Notes: generated by a model not told the origin, from the letters alone. Positions 14,670 to 23,482 are shown, counted from the first letter of the stretch. The stretch is 44,305 nt of DNA from a virus (IMGVR_UViG_3300037200_000146:1-44305); one strand, 5' to 3'. Translations and numbers: made by a program.

Positions 14670-17166
14670 ACCACTCATTAAAGCAGTCAAATTCTCAAGA
14701 GCACTGCGTATTGAGCGAGCAAGAAAAGAGCTCCTCGCATTCACAGTCCTCACAAAACCTGACTACCAGGTCAGTTGGCACCACAGAAAACTCTCTGCCA
14801 AGCTTGATGCTTTCGCCCGAGGAGACATCAAGTTTCTCATGGTATTCATGCCCCCACGGCATGGTAAGCTGTGCAGCGTGGATACCCCAATAATGACGCC
14901 AAACGGACTCACAACTCACGGCAATATCAAAAAGGGGGATTATGTTTTTCATCCCAGCGGAAAACCCATAAAGGTATTAGCTAAAAGCAGCCCCATTAAA
15001 TCAAACGCCAAGATTTATTTCTCAGATAGTTCGATAATTGAATGTCATTTAAATCATGAATGGACTGTTTTTGATCGGAGTTACGGTAGAGAGTTTACCT
15101 ATGAAACCCACCATTTTTTAAAGAAAACAAAATTTGGAAAAAAGATGAATTGTTTTTCTGGTGGAAGATCGAAATATCAATTACCTGAAATTTCAGCCCT
15201 TGAGTTTAAAGAAGCTGTTTTGCCAATGCATCCTTATGTATTGGGCGCATGGCTTGGAGATGGTACATCTAAAGCTCCTAGAATTACTCATGCACCTTCG
15301 GACAATGCGGTTATAAGTAAAATAGTTTCTTTAGGATTCAAAGTATCAAGCATAACCGTTCACCCAAAGTCAGGATGTTTAACCACAGCCTTTGCTGGAA
15401 CAAGGAACAATGCTGGCCCCATGAACGTTTCTCTGAAAAATCTTGGTTTAATAAAAAATAAACATATTCCACAAAAATATAAATTATCTTCAATTGAGCA
15501 GCGTTTAGAGCTCATAGCCGGTCTTATTGATACAGATGGGCATGTAGAGCCAAAAACGGGTCGAGTTAGAATAGTAACTGTCTCTAAAAAACTAGCCGAT
15601 GATATCTCTGATGTCGCTACAACTCTTGGATGGCATCCATATGTAACAATTCAAGAACCATCTCTTTCGAGTAGTGGGATACAGGGAAGAAAGTCTGTTT
15701 ACACGGTAGGATTTCAACCTGACAGAGAAATACCAGTGGCCTTAGATCGGAAAAAAATTAAGCGATTTGCTAAACGTAGACGAATAGGGATAGTGAAAGT
15801 CGAAGAAACAACAGATGGTAAATTAGGCCATTGCATTCAGGTGGATTCCCCAGATGGGCTATATCTTGTGGGAGAAAAACTTATCCCTACACACAATTCT
15901 GAGCTTGTTTCTCGCCGACTCCCCGCATTCCTCCACGGACTCTACCCAGACTGCGAAATCATGGCGGCTTCTTACCTGGATACGTTGGCTTCTGACATGA
16001 CCATTGACGTTCAAAACATCATCGATAGTCCACTTTATAAGGAGGTTTTTCCTGAAACATCTATTTACCCGCCAGGGACCAGCTACACTAAAGGAACAAG
16101 AAACTCTTCCGAGCATCACATTATCGGTCGAAGAGGTAAATATCGCGGCCAAGGTGTCGGAGGTTCTTTCACTGGAAAAGGGGCCAATTTCATAATTATC
16201 GATGACCCGATTAAAGGACGGGAAATTGCAGATAGCGTTGCATTTCGAGAACGACTCTGGAACTTCTACAACAACGATTTATTCTCACGGCTCGAGACCA
16301 ATCTTGAAACGGGAAGACAAGGGCAAATCCTAATCACTCAGACGCGCTGGCACGAAGATGATCTCTCGGGACGCCTCCTTGAACTAATGGCAAAAGATAA
16401 AAACTCGATTCAATGGGAGATTTTATCCTATCCAGCAATTAGGTGTGATATGGACACCGAGTCCGATACTAGAAAAATTGGCGAGCCGCTTTGGCCTGAG
16501 AAATACAACATTGATCAGCTAAATCAAATCAAAGCCAGCATCGGTCCGCGCGCATGGGGATCTCTTTATCAGCAATCACCAGTCCCAGATGGCGGCGGTT
16601 TATTTAAAGATGAGATGTTTGGCTTCTGCGACGTGAGCATTAAAGACGTTAGCTATTCATTCATTATGGCTGATACGGCCTACAAAGAAAAACAAGAGAA
16701 TGATTTCACTGTCTTTACACTCTTCGGCGTTAAAGAAGAACAGCTCTTTGTCGTCGATGTGTTACGGGCACAAATAAAGGCCTCGGATATCGAATCAGCA
16801 TTTGAGCCATTTGTTAGAAAATACTGTAGAACTTATGGATATCGTGGAACTTATATTGAGCCAAAGGGTCATGGGATTTACCTAAATCAAGCTTGGGCCA
16901 AGAAGGGTCTCATGATTCCAGGCGATACAGATATCGAGGAATTCTACAAGGACAGGCGCTTTGATAAAGTTGAGCGAGCTAATAACGTTGTTCCGCATCT
17001 TGCTAATCGTAAGGTTTACTTCAATAATCTTATTGGGAACAAGGAAGACTTAGTTGCGGAATGCTTAACATTTCCAAAGGGCAAGCATGATGATTTTTTA
17101 GATACTTTAGTTGATGGCCTAAAAATGGCTTATGGGCGATCAATATCAATGTTTGATGTTTACTAA
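14662..17166 (+). CDS. terL: Terminase large subunit, intein-containing
   Basis: The extein has a P-loop-like MPPRHGKL|...|SELVS, then FIIIDDPIKG (Walker B-like) and a nuclease-half motif pattern (ADTAYK..., HDDFLDTL). Confidence 0.85.
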   Translation: MNEPLIKAVKFSRALRIERARKELLAFTVLTKPDYQVSWHHRKLSAKLDAFARGDIKFLMVFMPPRHGKLCSVDTPIMTPNGLTTHGNIKKGDYVFHPSGKPIKVLAKSSPIKSNAKIYFSDSSIIECHLNHEWTVFDRSYGREFTYETHHFLKKTKFGKKMNCFSGGRSKYQLPEISALEFKEAVLPMHPYVLGAWLGDGTSKAPRITHAPSDNAVISKIVSLGFKVSSITVHPKSGCLTTAFAGTRNNAGPMNVSLKNLGLIKNKHIPQKYKLSSIEQRLELIAGLIDTDGHVEPKTGRVRIVTVSKKLADDISDVATTLGWHPYVTIQEPSLSSSGIQGRKSVYTVGFQPDREIPVALDRKKIKRFAKRRRIGIVKVEETTDGKLGHCIQVDSPDGLYLVGEKLIPTHNSELVSRRLPAFLHGLYPDCEIMAASYLDTLASDMTIDVQNIIDSPLYKEVFPETSIYPPGTSYTKGTRNSSEHHIIGRRGKYRGQGVGGSFTGKGANFIIIDDPIKGREIADSVAFRERLWNFYNNDLFSRLETNLETGRQGQILITQTRWHEDDLSGRLLELMAKDKNSIQWEILSYPAIRCDMDTESDTRKIGEPLWPEKYNIDQLNQIKASIGPRAWGSLYQQSPVPDGGGLFKDEMFGFCDVSIKDVSYSFIMADTAYKEKQENDFTVFTLFGVKEEQLFVVDVLRAQIKASDIESAFEPFVRKYCRTYGYRGTYIEPKGHGIYLNQAWAKKGLMIPGDTDIEEFYKDRRFDKVERANNVVPHLANRKVYFNNLIGNKEDLVAECLTFPKGKHDDFLDTLVDGLKMAYGRSISMFDVY
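14872..15897 (+). mobile_element. Intein (342 aa) with a LAGLIDADG homing endonuclease domain
   Basis: Starts CSVDTPIMTPNG and ends LIPTHN|S. The two LAGLIDADG motifs are LGAWLGDGTS and IAGLIDTDGHV. Confidence 0.85.
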
Positions 17167-17187
17167 ATAGTTTCAGGGGGACAACGG

Positions 17188-19365
17188 GTGGGCAAAAAAG
17201 TTACAAAGAAGAGCGCTATTAAAAATGTTTCACGTGGAACAAAAAAGGTCGAGAACGCAAGCGCAAATGAATTCATAGGGTTCGGTCAGCCTCCATTTGG
17301 AGGCTTAGCTGGCATTCCAGGCGGCCAAACATTTCAACCCGTTGAAGACACCACAACAATGTTTACCAATCTTCGTTGGTATCTCATATCAAACTTTAGA
17401 CAAGTCCTCTCTCAAGGTTATGTGGAGCTAGGACTAATACAAACCATTGTGAACGTTCCTATTGATGATGGATTGCGGGGCGGAGTTTTGCTTAAATCCA
17501 GACAATTAGATGAAAGCCAAATCAGGGAACTCCAAATATCACTCGACCGTGACGACGATATCAATACATGCGGATGGGCAGCAAAGTGGAATAGATTATA
17601 CGGTGGTGCTGGAATTCTTATACTCACAGATGATCAAGACCCCGAAGAACCATTCGACATCTCAAAAATCACGAAAGATACGGACTTAGAGTTTCGCGCT
17701 GTAGATATGTGGGAGCTGTTCTGGGATAAACAGAACACCGAAGGATATGACCCGCAAATCCAAGCGCAAGATTTTGAGTTCTACAGCTATTACTCCGAAA
17801 ATATTCATAAATCGCGAGTCATGCGTCTTAAGTCCATTCAGGCTCCAAGCTTTATTCGTCCACGCTTAAGGGGTTGGGGAGTTTCGGTTGTTGAGGCGCT
17901 AGTTCGCTCCATCAATCAATACCTAAAAGCAACAGACCTTGGCTTTGAAGTGCTCGATGAATTTAAGATCGATTACTATAAGCTAAAAAACCTAGCCAGT
18001 TCTCTTCTCTCCCCTAATGGTTTCGAGAAAACAGCTAGACGAATTCAGAATATGAATCTGCAAAAGAACTATAACCATGCCGTTGTAATGGATACCGAGG
18101 ATGATTTCATCCAAAAGCAGTTGTCCTTTGCGGGCTTGGCTGAGGCAATGGACGGTATTCGTATGCAGGTCGCGGCCGACATGAGGATGCCCATAACAAA
18201 GCTCTTCGGGACTTCGGTTAGCAAGGGATTCGCAACAGATCAAAACGACATGGAAAACTACAATTCCATGGTCGAATCTGAGGTAAGAAACAAACTCAAA
18301 TACGACATTCTTCGAATATGCGAAATTAAATGCCAAAAACTATTTGGATTTATCCCAGATGACATGGAGCTTGAATTCAAACCGCTTCGTGAGCTTAGTG
18401 CCATTGACCAAGAAACGGTTCGCACGCAGAAATTCACAAGACTTCAAGCTGCGGCCGATACGGGCCGTATTTCACTTCAAGAATATAGGGATGCAGCTAA
18501 CAAGGGTAATCTCTTTGATATTCAACTCGATACCACAGAAGACGGTATCGACATTGGTGACAACGAAGAAACTGAAGTCGCAGGCGAGGAAGAATCGCGT
18601 GATCCCGAAAAGGATTTAGACGTCGAAGATCCGGGCGCTAATCGAGAAGACACGAGAAAAGTTCGAGCCGATATCAATGTAGAGCCCACTGCGCCAGGCG
18701 CAAAGAAAATGAATTTTAAAAATGAAAAGAAGTTTGAGGAATCGAAACATCCTAGAGCCGATGATGGAAAATTTGGAAAAGGTGGCAGCTCTACTACATC
18801 AAAAAAATCCATTAAGCGGGACTCATTAGTTCCGCAAGGAGAGGTTGGGACTCTTTTAAGAGAACATAAGGAAGATTTCGAAAAACTAGGTAAAGCCGAG
18901 CCTGAATTGAAAACGGCGATTTATGAGTGGAGTCGTGCAGGTTATCAATATGCACGCGCTCTTCAACAAGGAAAAAAATTAAAAGGAGAAGAAAAGGAAA
19001 TTGGTGAAAGTGTATTAAATGGAATGCACGCCAATTTCGATAAGCTTCCCATTTATGAGGGCCCGTTAACAAGAGATCTTCAATTCGATGATTGGGATCA
19101 GGCGTTGAATGTTTTTAAACCAGGAAACACTTTTGAGACAGATGCATATAGTTCCTTTACGGCTAAAGAGGGGTATAGCAATAGGAAATGTCGATTAATT
19201 ATAGAGAAAAATACTAAGGGCAGAGCTGTTTGGGGCCTATCTCAAGCTAAGGATGAGGCAGAAGTTATTGTACCCAAAGGGCAAAAATATGTTATTGACA
19301 AGGTGCGTCAAAACGACGATGGTCCTCCTTACGTATTGGTGTATTTAAAAGAGGTGAATGAATGA
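17188..19365 (+). CDS. Portal protein (DUF1073-like) fused to a C-terminal ADP-ribosyltransferase-like domain
   Basis: 725 aa, directly after terL. An acidic linker is followed by the R-S-E pattern LTRDL, AYSSFT and DEAEVIVPKG. Confidence 0.7.
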   Translation: MGKKVTKKSAIKNVSRGTKKVENASANEFIGFGQPPFGGLAGIPGGQTFQPVEDTTTMFTNLRWYLISNFRQVLSQGYVELGLIQTIVNVPIDDGLRGGVLLKSRQLDESQIRELQISLDRDDDINTCGWAAKWNRLYGGAGILILTDDQDPEEPFDISKITKDTDLEFRAVDMWELFWDKQNTEGYDPQIQAQDFEFYSYYSENIHKSRVMRLKSIQAPSFIRPRLRGWGVSVVEALVRSINQYLKATDLGFEVLDEFKIDYYKLKNLASSLLSPNGFEKTARRIQNMNLQKNYNHAVVMDTEDDFIQKQLSFAGLAEAMDGIRMQVAADMRMPITKLFGTSVSKGFATDQNDMENYNSMVESEVRNKLKYDILRICEIKCQKLFGFIPDDMELEFKPLRELSAIDQETVRTQKFTRLQAAADTGRISLQEYRDAANKGNLFDIQLDTTEDGIDIGDNEETEVAGEEESRDPEKDLDVEDPGANREDTRKVRADINVEPTAPGAKKMNFKNEKKFEESKHPRADDGKFGKGGSSTTSKKSIKRDSLVPQGEVGTLLREHKEDFEKLGKAEPELKTAIYEWSRAGYQYARALQQGKKLKGEEKEIGESVLNGMHANFDKLPIYEGPLTRDLQFDDWDQALNVFKPGNTFETDAYSSFTAKEGYSNRKCRLIIEKNTKGRAVWGLSQAKDEAEVIVPKGQKYVIDKVRQNDDGPPYVLVYLKEVNE

Positions 19366-19625
19366 AAATCAACGATGTTATTAATCAAGCGCTCAACTCT
19401 CCTTTAGAAGACCGAAAAGAAGATTCCACTCAAATTACTCGAAATGATCTTGAAAAGTTCGTTAACGAATATGGATTAATACCGAACAATCCAGAACTGC
19501 TCCAAAAAGCCATTAATGGCTATGATCTTTTAAATGTGAAACCAAAAGAAAAGAACACTTGGATCATAAACATGTATAGAAAGCTTGGCGGGGGAAGCGA
19601 ATTTAAAAAGGGGAAAAAGGAATGA
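19362..19625 (+). CDS. Hypothetical protein
   Basis: 87-aa ORF, coupled to the portal stop. Confidence 0.5.
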   Translation: MKINDVINQALNSPLEDRKEDSTQITRNDLEKFVNEYGLIPNNPELLQKAINGYDLLNVKPKEKNTWIINMYRKLGGGSEFKKGKKE

Positions 19626-19780
19626 GAAAAGGACCATTGAAGGGGAGAAGTCTTAATTCAAAAAAAGACAAAAACGGTAATCGCGGTTGGGAAGAGGTCA
19701 AATCTAAAAAGGATCGCGTAAAGGCAAAAAAAGAAAAGAACAAAATTTATAAAGCTTCAAGATTCGGGGGGATCAAATGA
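19622..19780 (+). CDS. Hypothetical 52-aa highly basic protein (below the ORF-track cutoff)
   Basis: Reads MRKGPLKGRSLNSKKDKNGNRGWEEVKSKKDRVKAKKEKNKIYKASRFGGIK, with ATGA overlaps at both ends. Confidence 0.4.
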   Translation: MRKGPLKGRSLNSKKDKNGNRGWEEVKSKKDRVKAKKEKNKIYKASRFGGIK

Positions 19781-20229
19781 ACGACATGGGGAATTGGATG
19801 CCGGGGATGACGCTTGAGATGGTTGAAAAGGCTACAATTCAAGCCGCTTTTCATTTCTATAGAGGAAATAAAACACAGACATCAATTGCTCTTGGATGTT
19901 CCGTTAGAACTCTAGATACAAAATTGGAGAAGTATGAAGCCGACCGAGAACTTGCAAGAATCCGATATGAACAAGAAAAACGAGAACGAGCAAGTATGCT
20001 CGAACGAATGCGTGGAATCCACCCCACAGAAGCCGTTGAATCGTCGAGGTCAAGCCTTTACCATGCCGATTCCGGGGTTCACCTGGAATCCCCTACTTTC
20101 ACTGGAAAGGAACCGGCCGTGCCCGTGCCTGAGCGGCCGCAAGTTCAAGAGATGTTGTCTAATGAAGCTTCCACGGGCAGTCCCGGAAAAGGAAGCAGCA
20201 AGATTCCGCGCGCTAATAAGAATGGGTAA
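19777..20229 (+). CDS. Fis-type HTH (HTH_8-like) DNA-binding protein
   Basis: LEMVEKATIQAAFHFYRGNKTQTSIALGCSVRTLDTKLEKYE matches the Fis/NtrC C-terminal HTH pattern. The C-terminal half is low-complexity. Confidence 0.6.
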   Translation: MNDMGNWMPGMTLEMVEKATIQAAFHFYRGNKTQTSIALGCSVRTLDTKLEKYEADRELARIRYEQEKRERASMLERMRGIHPTEAVESSRSSLYHADSGVHLESPTFTGKEPAVPVPERPQVQEMLSNEASTGSPGKGSSKIPRANKNG

Positions 20230-20332
20230 GGTTGTTTTCAACACGTTGGAGAACGATTCTGTTTTAAAGGAATTAGGATATGAATTACCAAAGCCTAAAG
20301 AATCCAATGAAAAACTCCCAGACCCTAGTTGA
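19934..20332 (+). CDS. SEC-C motif protein (start uncertain; ATG 20063 is plausible), overlapping the HTH gene in another frame
   Basis: RNRPCPCLSGRKFKRCC is a SEC-C metal-binding motif. Confidence 0.5.
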   Translation: MKPTENLQESDMNKKNENEQVCSNECVESTPQKPLNRRGQAFTMPIPGFTWNPLLSLERNRPCPCLSGRKFKRCCLMKLPRAVPEKEAARFRALIRMGKVVFNTLENDSVLKELGYELPKPKESNEKLPDPS

Positions 20333-22259
20333 ACTCCCATCGATAAAAGAAACGACGGAGGATTATGAAGCGCTCGAAAGCTACATCAAAAAGATCTTCA
20401 AGAAAGAAATCTATATCCCCCTTATTAGTGAATTTGGTGGAAATAGTAGGGTCATTAAGAACTCGGCAGAAACCTTATTATCTGCAATACAAAGTGGGAG
20501 AATACAGTTTTATCGTGGCGTGTTCTCAGGCGAGTTCAACTCGGAAATCTCAAAAGAGTTAAAAAAGCTTGGCGCTACATGGGATAGGTCTAAAAAGGCA
20601 TGGAAGCTACCATCGGCTGATTTACCGCTTGATGTTCGCATGGCCATCTCAGCCTCAGCCTCCCAGTTTCAGAGAAAGCTTGAAAAAATAGATAGAATTT
20701 TGGCGGCCATAAGCCCGGAAGAGTTAGCCGGATCAATGCAAATGACCAGGTTCTTTGATTCAGCTTTATGGAAGGTTGAAAAGTCCTTAAAAAAATCCAT
20801 GAAGAATCTTGTTGTTCAACCTGAGCTAACAAAGGAACAAAGACAACGTATCGCTGATGAATGGCAAAACAACATGAAGCTTTGGATTCATGATTTCACC
20901 GAAAAAGAAATAAAAGAACTTCGAGGTAAGATCCAAAAGACCATATTCGCCGGCAATCGATACGAATCAGCCATTAAGACAATTCAAAAATCCTATCAAG
21001 TTTCAGCCAATAAAGCCAAGTTCTTAGCCAGACAAGAAACGATGCTTTTGATGACTAAGTTCAAGGAAACAAGATACCAAGATGCAGGCGTTAACGAATA
21101 CAAATGGCGCTGTGTAAAAGGAACCCCGCTTCATCCAGTTCGTCCCATGCACAAGGCGCTTAATGACAGGTCCGAGAAGGGTGAGATATTTCGATTCGAT
21201 CAACCTCCCGTTGATGATCCAAAAGGCGGAAGACATAACCCCTCACAAAATTATAATTGCTTACCTGGCAACACAGTCGTGAGTTTCGACCAACCTGTAT
21301 TGAAGATATTTAAACGTAGATACACGGGAAAAACGGCCATACTTGTCACGGACGACAATGTGGTCATTGAGACGACAGGAAATCATCCTATATTGACGAA
21401 CTCCGGCTGGCGTCCCGCCAATGAGGTCAATCTCGGTGATTATCTTTTCAAGCGCGTAGGGGAAAGCATCGATATCAAAAAGATGAATGGCCAATATGTG
21501 GAAGCCGGCATTGAGGATATATTTAGTGCGCTTTCTATTTGTTCTCCAATAATGGTTGACAGACTTTCCAGTTCTGATTTCCACGGCGATGTCATTGAAG
21601 ACAAGCAAGTCGACATTATAAGTCCCAATCGCGAATTGATTCTTAACGGGATAACCGAGCTTTATGAAATGTTCGAAGAATTCCTTTTCAAGGGGACCTT
21701 CTCTTCTCGAACAAGATTTAGCTCTTTTGATAAGACTACTACGACGTGGGGGCTTGCCTCTGACAGCTTCATTGGCTTTTTTAACGAGCTTACGCTTTTC
21801 CTTCAAAGACATTCTCCCGAATCTAAGTGTATTAGCCTCCGAGCCAGATCTCTTCTTGATCCCACAAAGCTTAAGCCATCTGGAAATAGTACTCCGTTTA
21901 ACTCTATATTTTTTAGCGACGGCAAGTTCACTCATCCCAAACTTGTAATCCTTAATAGCGTGATGATTAATGGGTGTTGTATTCCAGGAAACGAATCTAC
22001 CGACTCTTTCGATAGAGACTCCCCTTTCTCTAAGGCGCTCGCTGAGCAAGTCGGGATTGACTTTAAGTCTGCGTCCGATTTCAGCAATAGTGCGCTTGGA
22101 GCCTCGATAAAGCCTCTCCGCATCATCGATAAGAGTTTCAGGGATTTTAGCGGTCACGTTTACAACCTCCAAACTGGTATGAATTGGTATTATGCTAATA
22201 GCCTAGTAATGGCAAATTGTCGCTGCACGGCCGTTCCTGTTGTGCGATTCAAAAAGTAA
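20280..22259 (+). CDS. MuF / SPP1 gp7-like minor head morphogenesis protein, intein-containing
   Basis: YKWRCVKGTPLHPVRPMHKALN..., then GGRHNPSQNYN|intein|CRCTAVPV. The NCRC ending typical of the family is restored only after excision. Confidence 0.75.
   Translation: MNYQSLKNPMKNSQTLVELPSIKETTEDYEALESYIKKIFKKEIYIPLISEFGGNSRVIKNSAETLLSAIQSGRIQFYRGVFSGEFNSEISKELKKLGATWDRSKKAWKLPSADLPLDVRMAISASASQFQRKLEKIDRILAAISPEELAGSMQMTRFFDSALWKVEKSLKKSMKNLVVQPELTKEQRQRIADEWQNNMKLWIHDFTEKEIKELRGKIQKTIFAGNRYESAIKTIQKSYQVSANKAKFLARQETMLLMTKFKETRYQDAGVNEYKWRCVKGTPLHPVRPMHKALNDRSEKGEIFRFDQPPVDDPKGGRHNPSQNYNCLPGNTVVSFDQPVLKIFKRRYTGKTAILVTDDNVVIETTGNHPILTNSGWRPANEVNLGDYLFKRVGESIDIKKMNGQYVEAGIEDIFSALSICSPIMVDRLSSSDFHGDVIEDKQVDIISPNRELILNGITELYEMFEEFLFKGTFSSRTRFSSFDKTTTTWGLASDSFIGFFNELTLFLQRHSPESKCISLRARSLLDPTKLKPSGNSTPFNSIFFSDGKFTHPKLVILNSVMINGCCIPGNESTDSFDRDSPFSKALAEQVGIDFKSASDFSNSALGASIKPLRIIDKSFRDFSGHVYNLQTGMNWYYANSLVMANCRCTAVPVVRFKK
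21258..22217 (+). mobile_element. Intein (320 codons) with no recognisable sense-strand endonuclease domain
   Basis: N-terminal region CLPGNTVVSF...TTGNHPILTNSGW. C-terminal region GHVYNLQTGMNWYYANSLVMAN|C, with Ala in the penultimate position. Confidence 0.7.
21261..22172 (-). CDS. Antisense ORF nested in the intein: HTH + PD-(D/E)XK (Vsr/DUF559-like) putative homing endonuclease
   Basis: 303 aa. HTH-like segments are KRTIAEIGRRLKV and MSELAVAKKYRVKRSTISRWLK. The nuclease core is LEKEFFEHFIKLGYPVKNQFAIGTYNVDLLVFNDIAVEIRTGK...KYILNAGFHILAIH. Confidence 0.6.
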   Translation of the reverse strand: MEVVNVTAKIPETLIDDAERLYRGSKRTIAEIGRRLKVNPDLLSERLRERGVSIERVGRFVSWNTTPINHHAIKDYKFGMSELAVAKKYRVKRSTISRWLKLCGIKKRSGSEANTLRFGRMSLKEKRKLVKKANEAVRGKPPRRSSLIKRAKSCSRREGPLEKEFFEHFIKLGYPVKNQFAIGTYNVDLLVFNDIAVEIRTGKSVNHYWRTNRKRTKYILNAGFHILAIHLFDIDAFPYALEKIITEIDLIGGTPAGVRQYRMISCRLNDHIVVRDKYGRFSRVSTFKYLQYRLVETHDCVAR

Positions 22260-22337
22260 CGCAAAATCTTCCGGCAGTAATGTAGCGACAATTTTACCTA
22301 TTGAATTAATTTAGATTTCCTTCACACTGAAAGTTCG

Positions 22338-23462
22338 GTGGGGCAAGTTAACAATTCGCACGGACAGATATTCTACGGGATGCATTTTGTCCCAGGCGTC
22401 GCCGAATACGGTGAGCCCGGTAAAGACGCATTCAGAATTTTCATCAACGAAGATACCATCCGTAAAATGAACCCGAGCTTTGCCGGTCGCCCTATCTTTG
22501 TTGAGCACGTCGATGAAGTAGATCCGAATCTTTCAGACCTTCGAAAAGAGGCCGATGGCTGGGTTGTCGATAGTTTCTACAACGCTGCCGACGGTAAAAC
22601 CTGGGCAAAATTTATTGTTGTAAGTGAGATTGGCTTAAGCGCGATCCGTCGCGGATGGAAGCTTTCAAACGCTTATGTGCCCAAGTCTTTTGGCGATGGC
22701 GGTCTTTGGAATGGCGTCTCTTACCAAAAGGAAGTTACCTCTGCTGAGTTTGAACATTTAGCAATCGTATCTAATCCTCGTTACGAAGAATCAGTCATCA
22801 TGAGTCCTGATCAATTCAAGGCTTATAACGAAGAAAAAACCACCGAATTAAAAAAGTTTGCAAACTCAAAAAAAGGAGAAACAAAAATGGGATTTAGCAT
22901 CTTCAAGAAACAGAAAGTTGAGAACTCTCTCGACTTGGAAGGGTTGGTAGTTGAACTGCCAAAGTCCAAGAAAGAACTTTCACTTACCAAAGTCATTAAT
23001 GATTATGACACCATTCTTAACATGAACGGCTACGCCAACGGCGACCACATGGTTAAGTGTGGGAACGATGAAATGTCAGTCAATGACCTTGTTAAAAAGC
23101 ACATGGAAGCCTGCAATGAACTCGAAAAAATGAAGTCTGCCAAGTCCATGGAAGGCGGCGAGCCCGGAAAAGGAGCTGACGATGATGATCCGGCTGCGAA
23201 AAATAGTGAAGAATCTTTGGATGAAGATCTCGGGGAAGTCGGAAGTCGTGGTGGTGACAAGCATCTATCCAATGAAGAAGAAGGCGATTCGGGCGACGAA
23301 GGTAAAGACAAAGATAAAAAAGACAAGATGAAAAATGCCCGTGAAAAGGCAAAAGCTGTGAAAAACGCTCCATTCAAAATGTTTGAAGATGCGGTGCCCT
23401 CAGTTGAACTCTCAATGGACCAAGTAGCTCGCGGGAAAGCCCGTTACGGCTCGGGCCAATAA
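22338..23462 (+). CDS. Head scaffolding / prohead-protease-like protein (DUF2213-like)
   Basis: Contains GVAEYGEPGKDAFRIFINEDTIRKM...GRPIFVEHV. The C-terminal tail is acidic and Lys-rich. The start is uncertain (GTG 22338 or ATG 22380). Confidence 0.6.
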   Translation: MGQVNNSHGQIFYGMHFVPGVAEYGEPGKDAFRIFINEDTIRKMNPSFAGRPIFVEHVDEVDPNLSDLRKEADGWVVDSFYNAADGKTWAKFIVVSEIGLSAIRRGWKLSNAYVPKSFGDGGLWNGVSYQKEVTSAEFEHLAIVSNPRYEESVIMSPDQFKAYNEEKTTELKKFANSKKGETKMGFSIFKKQKVENSLDLEGLVVELPKSKKELSLTKVINDYDTILNMNGYANGDHMVKCGNDEMSVNDLVKKHMEACNELEKMKSAKSMEGGEPGKGADDDDPAAKNSEESLDEDLGEVGSRGGDKHLSNEEEGDSGDEGKDKDKKDKMKNAREKAKAVKNAPFKMFEDAVPSVELSMDQVARGKARYGSGQ

Positions 23463-23482
23463 GAAAGGAAAGGAATTAAAAA

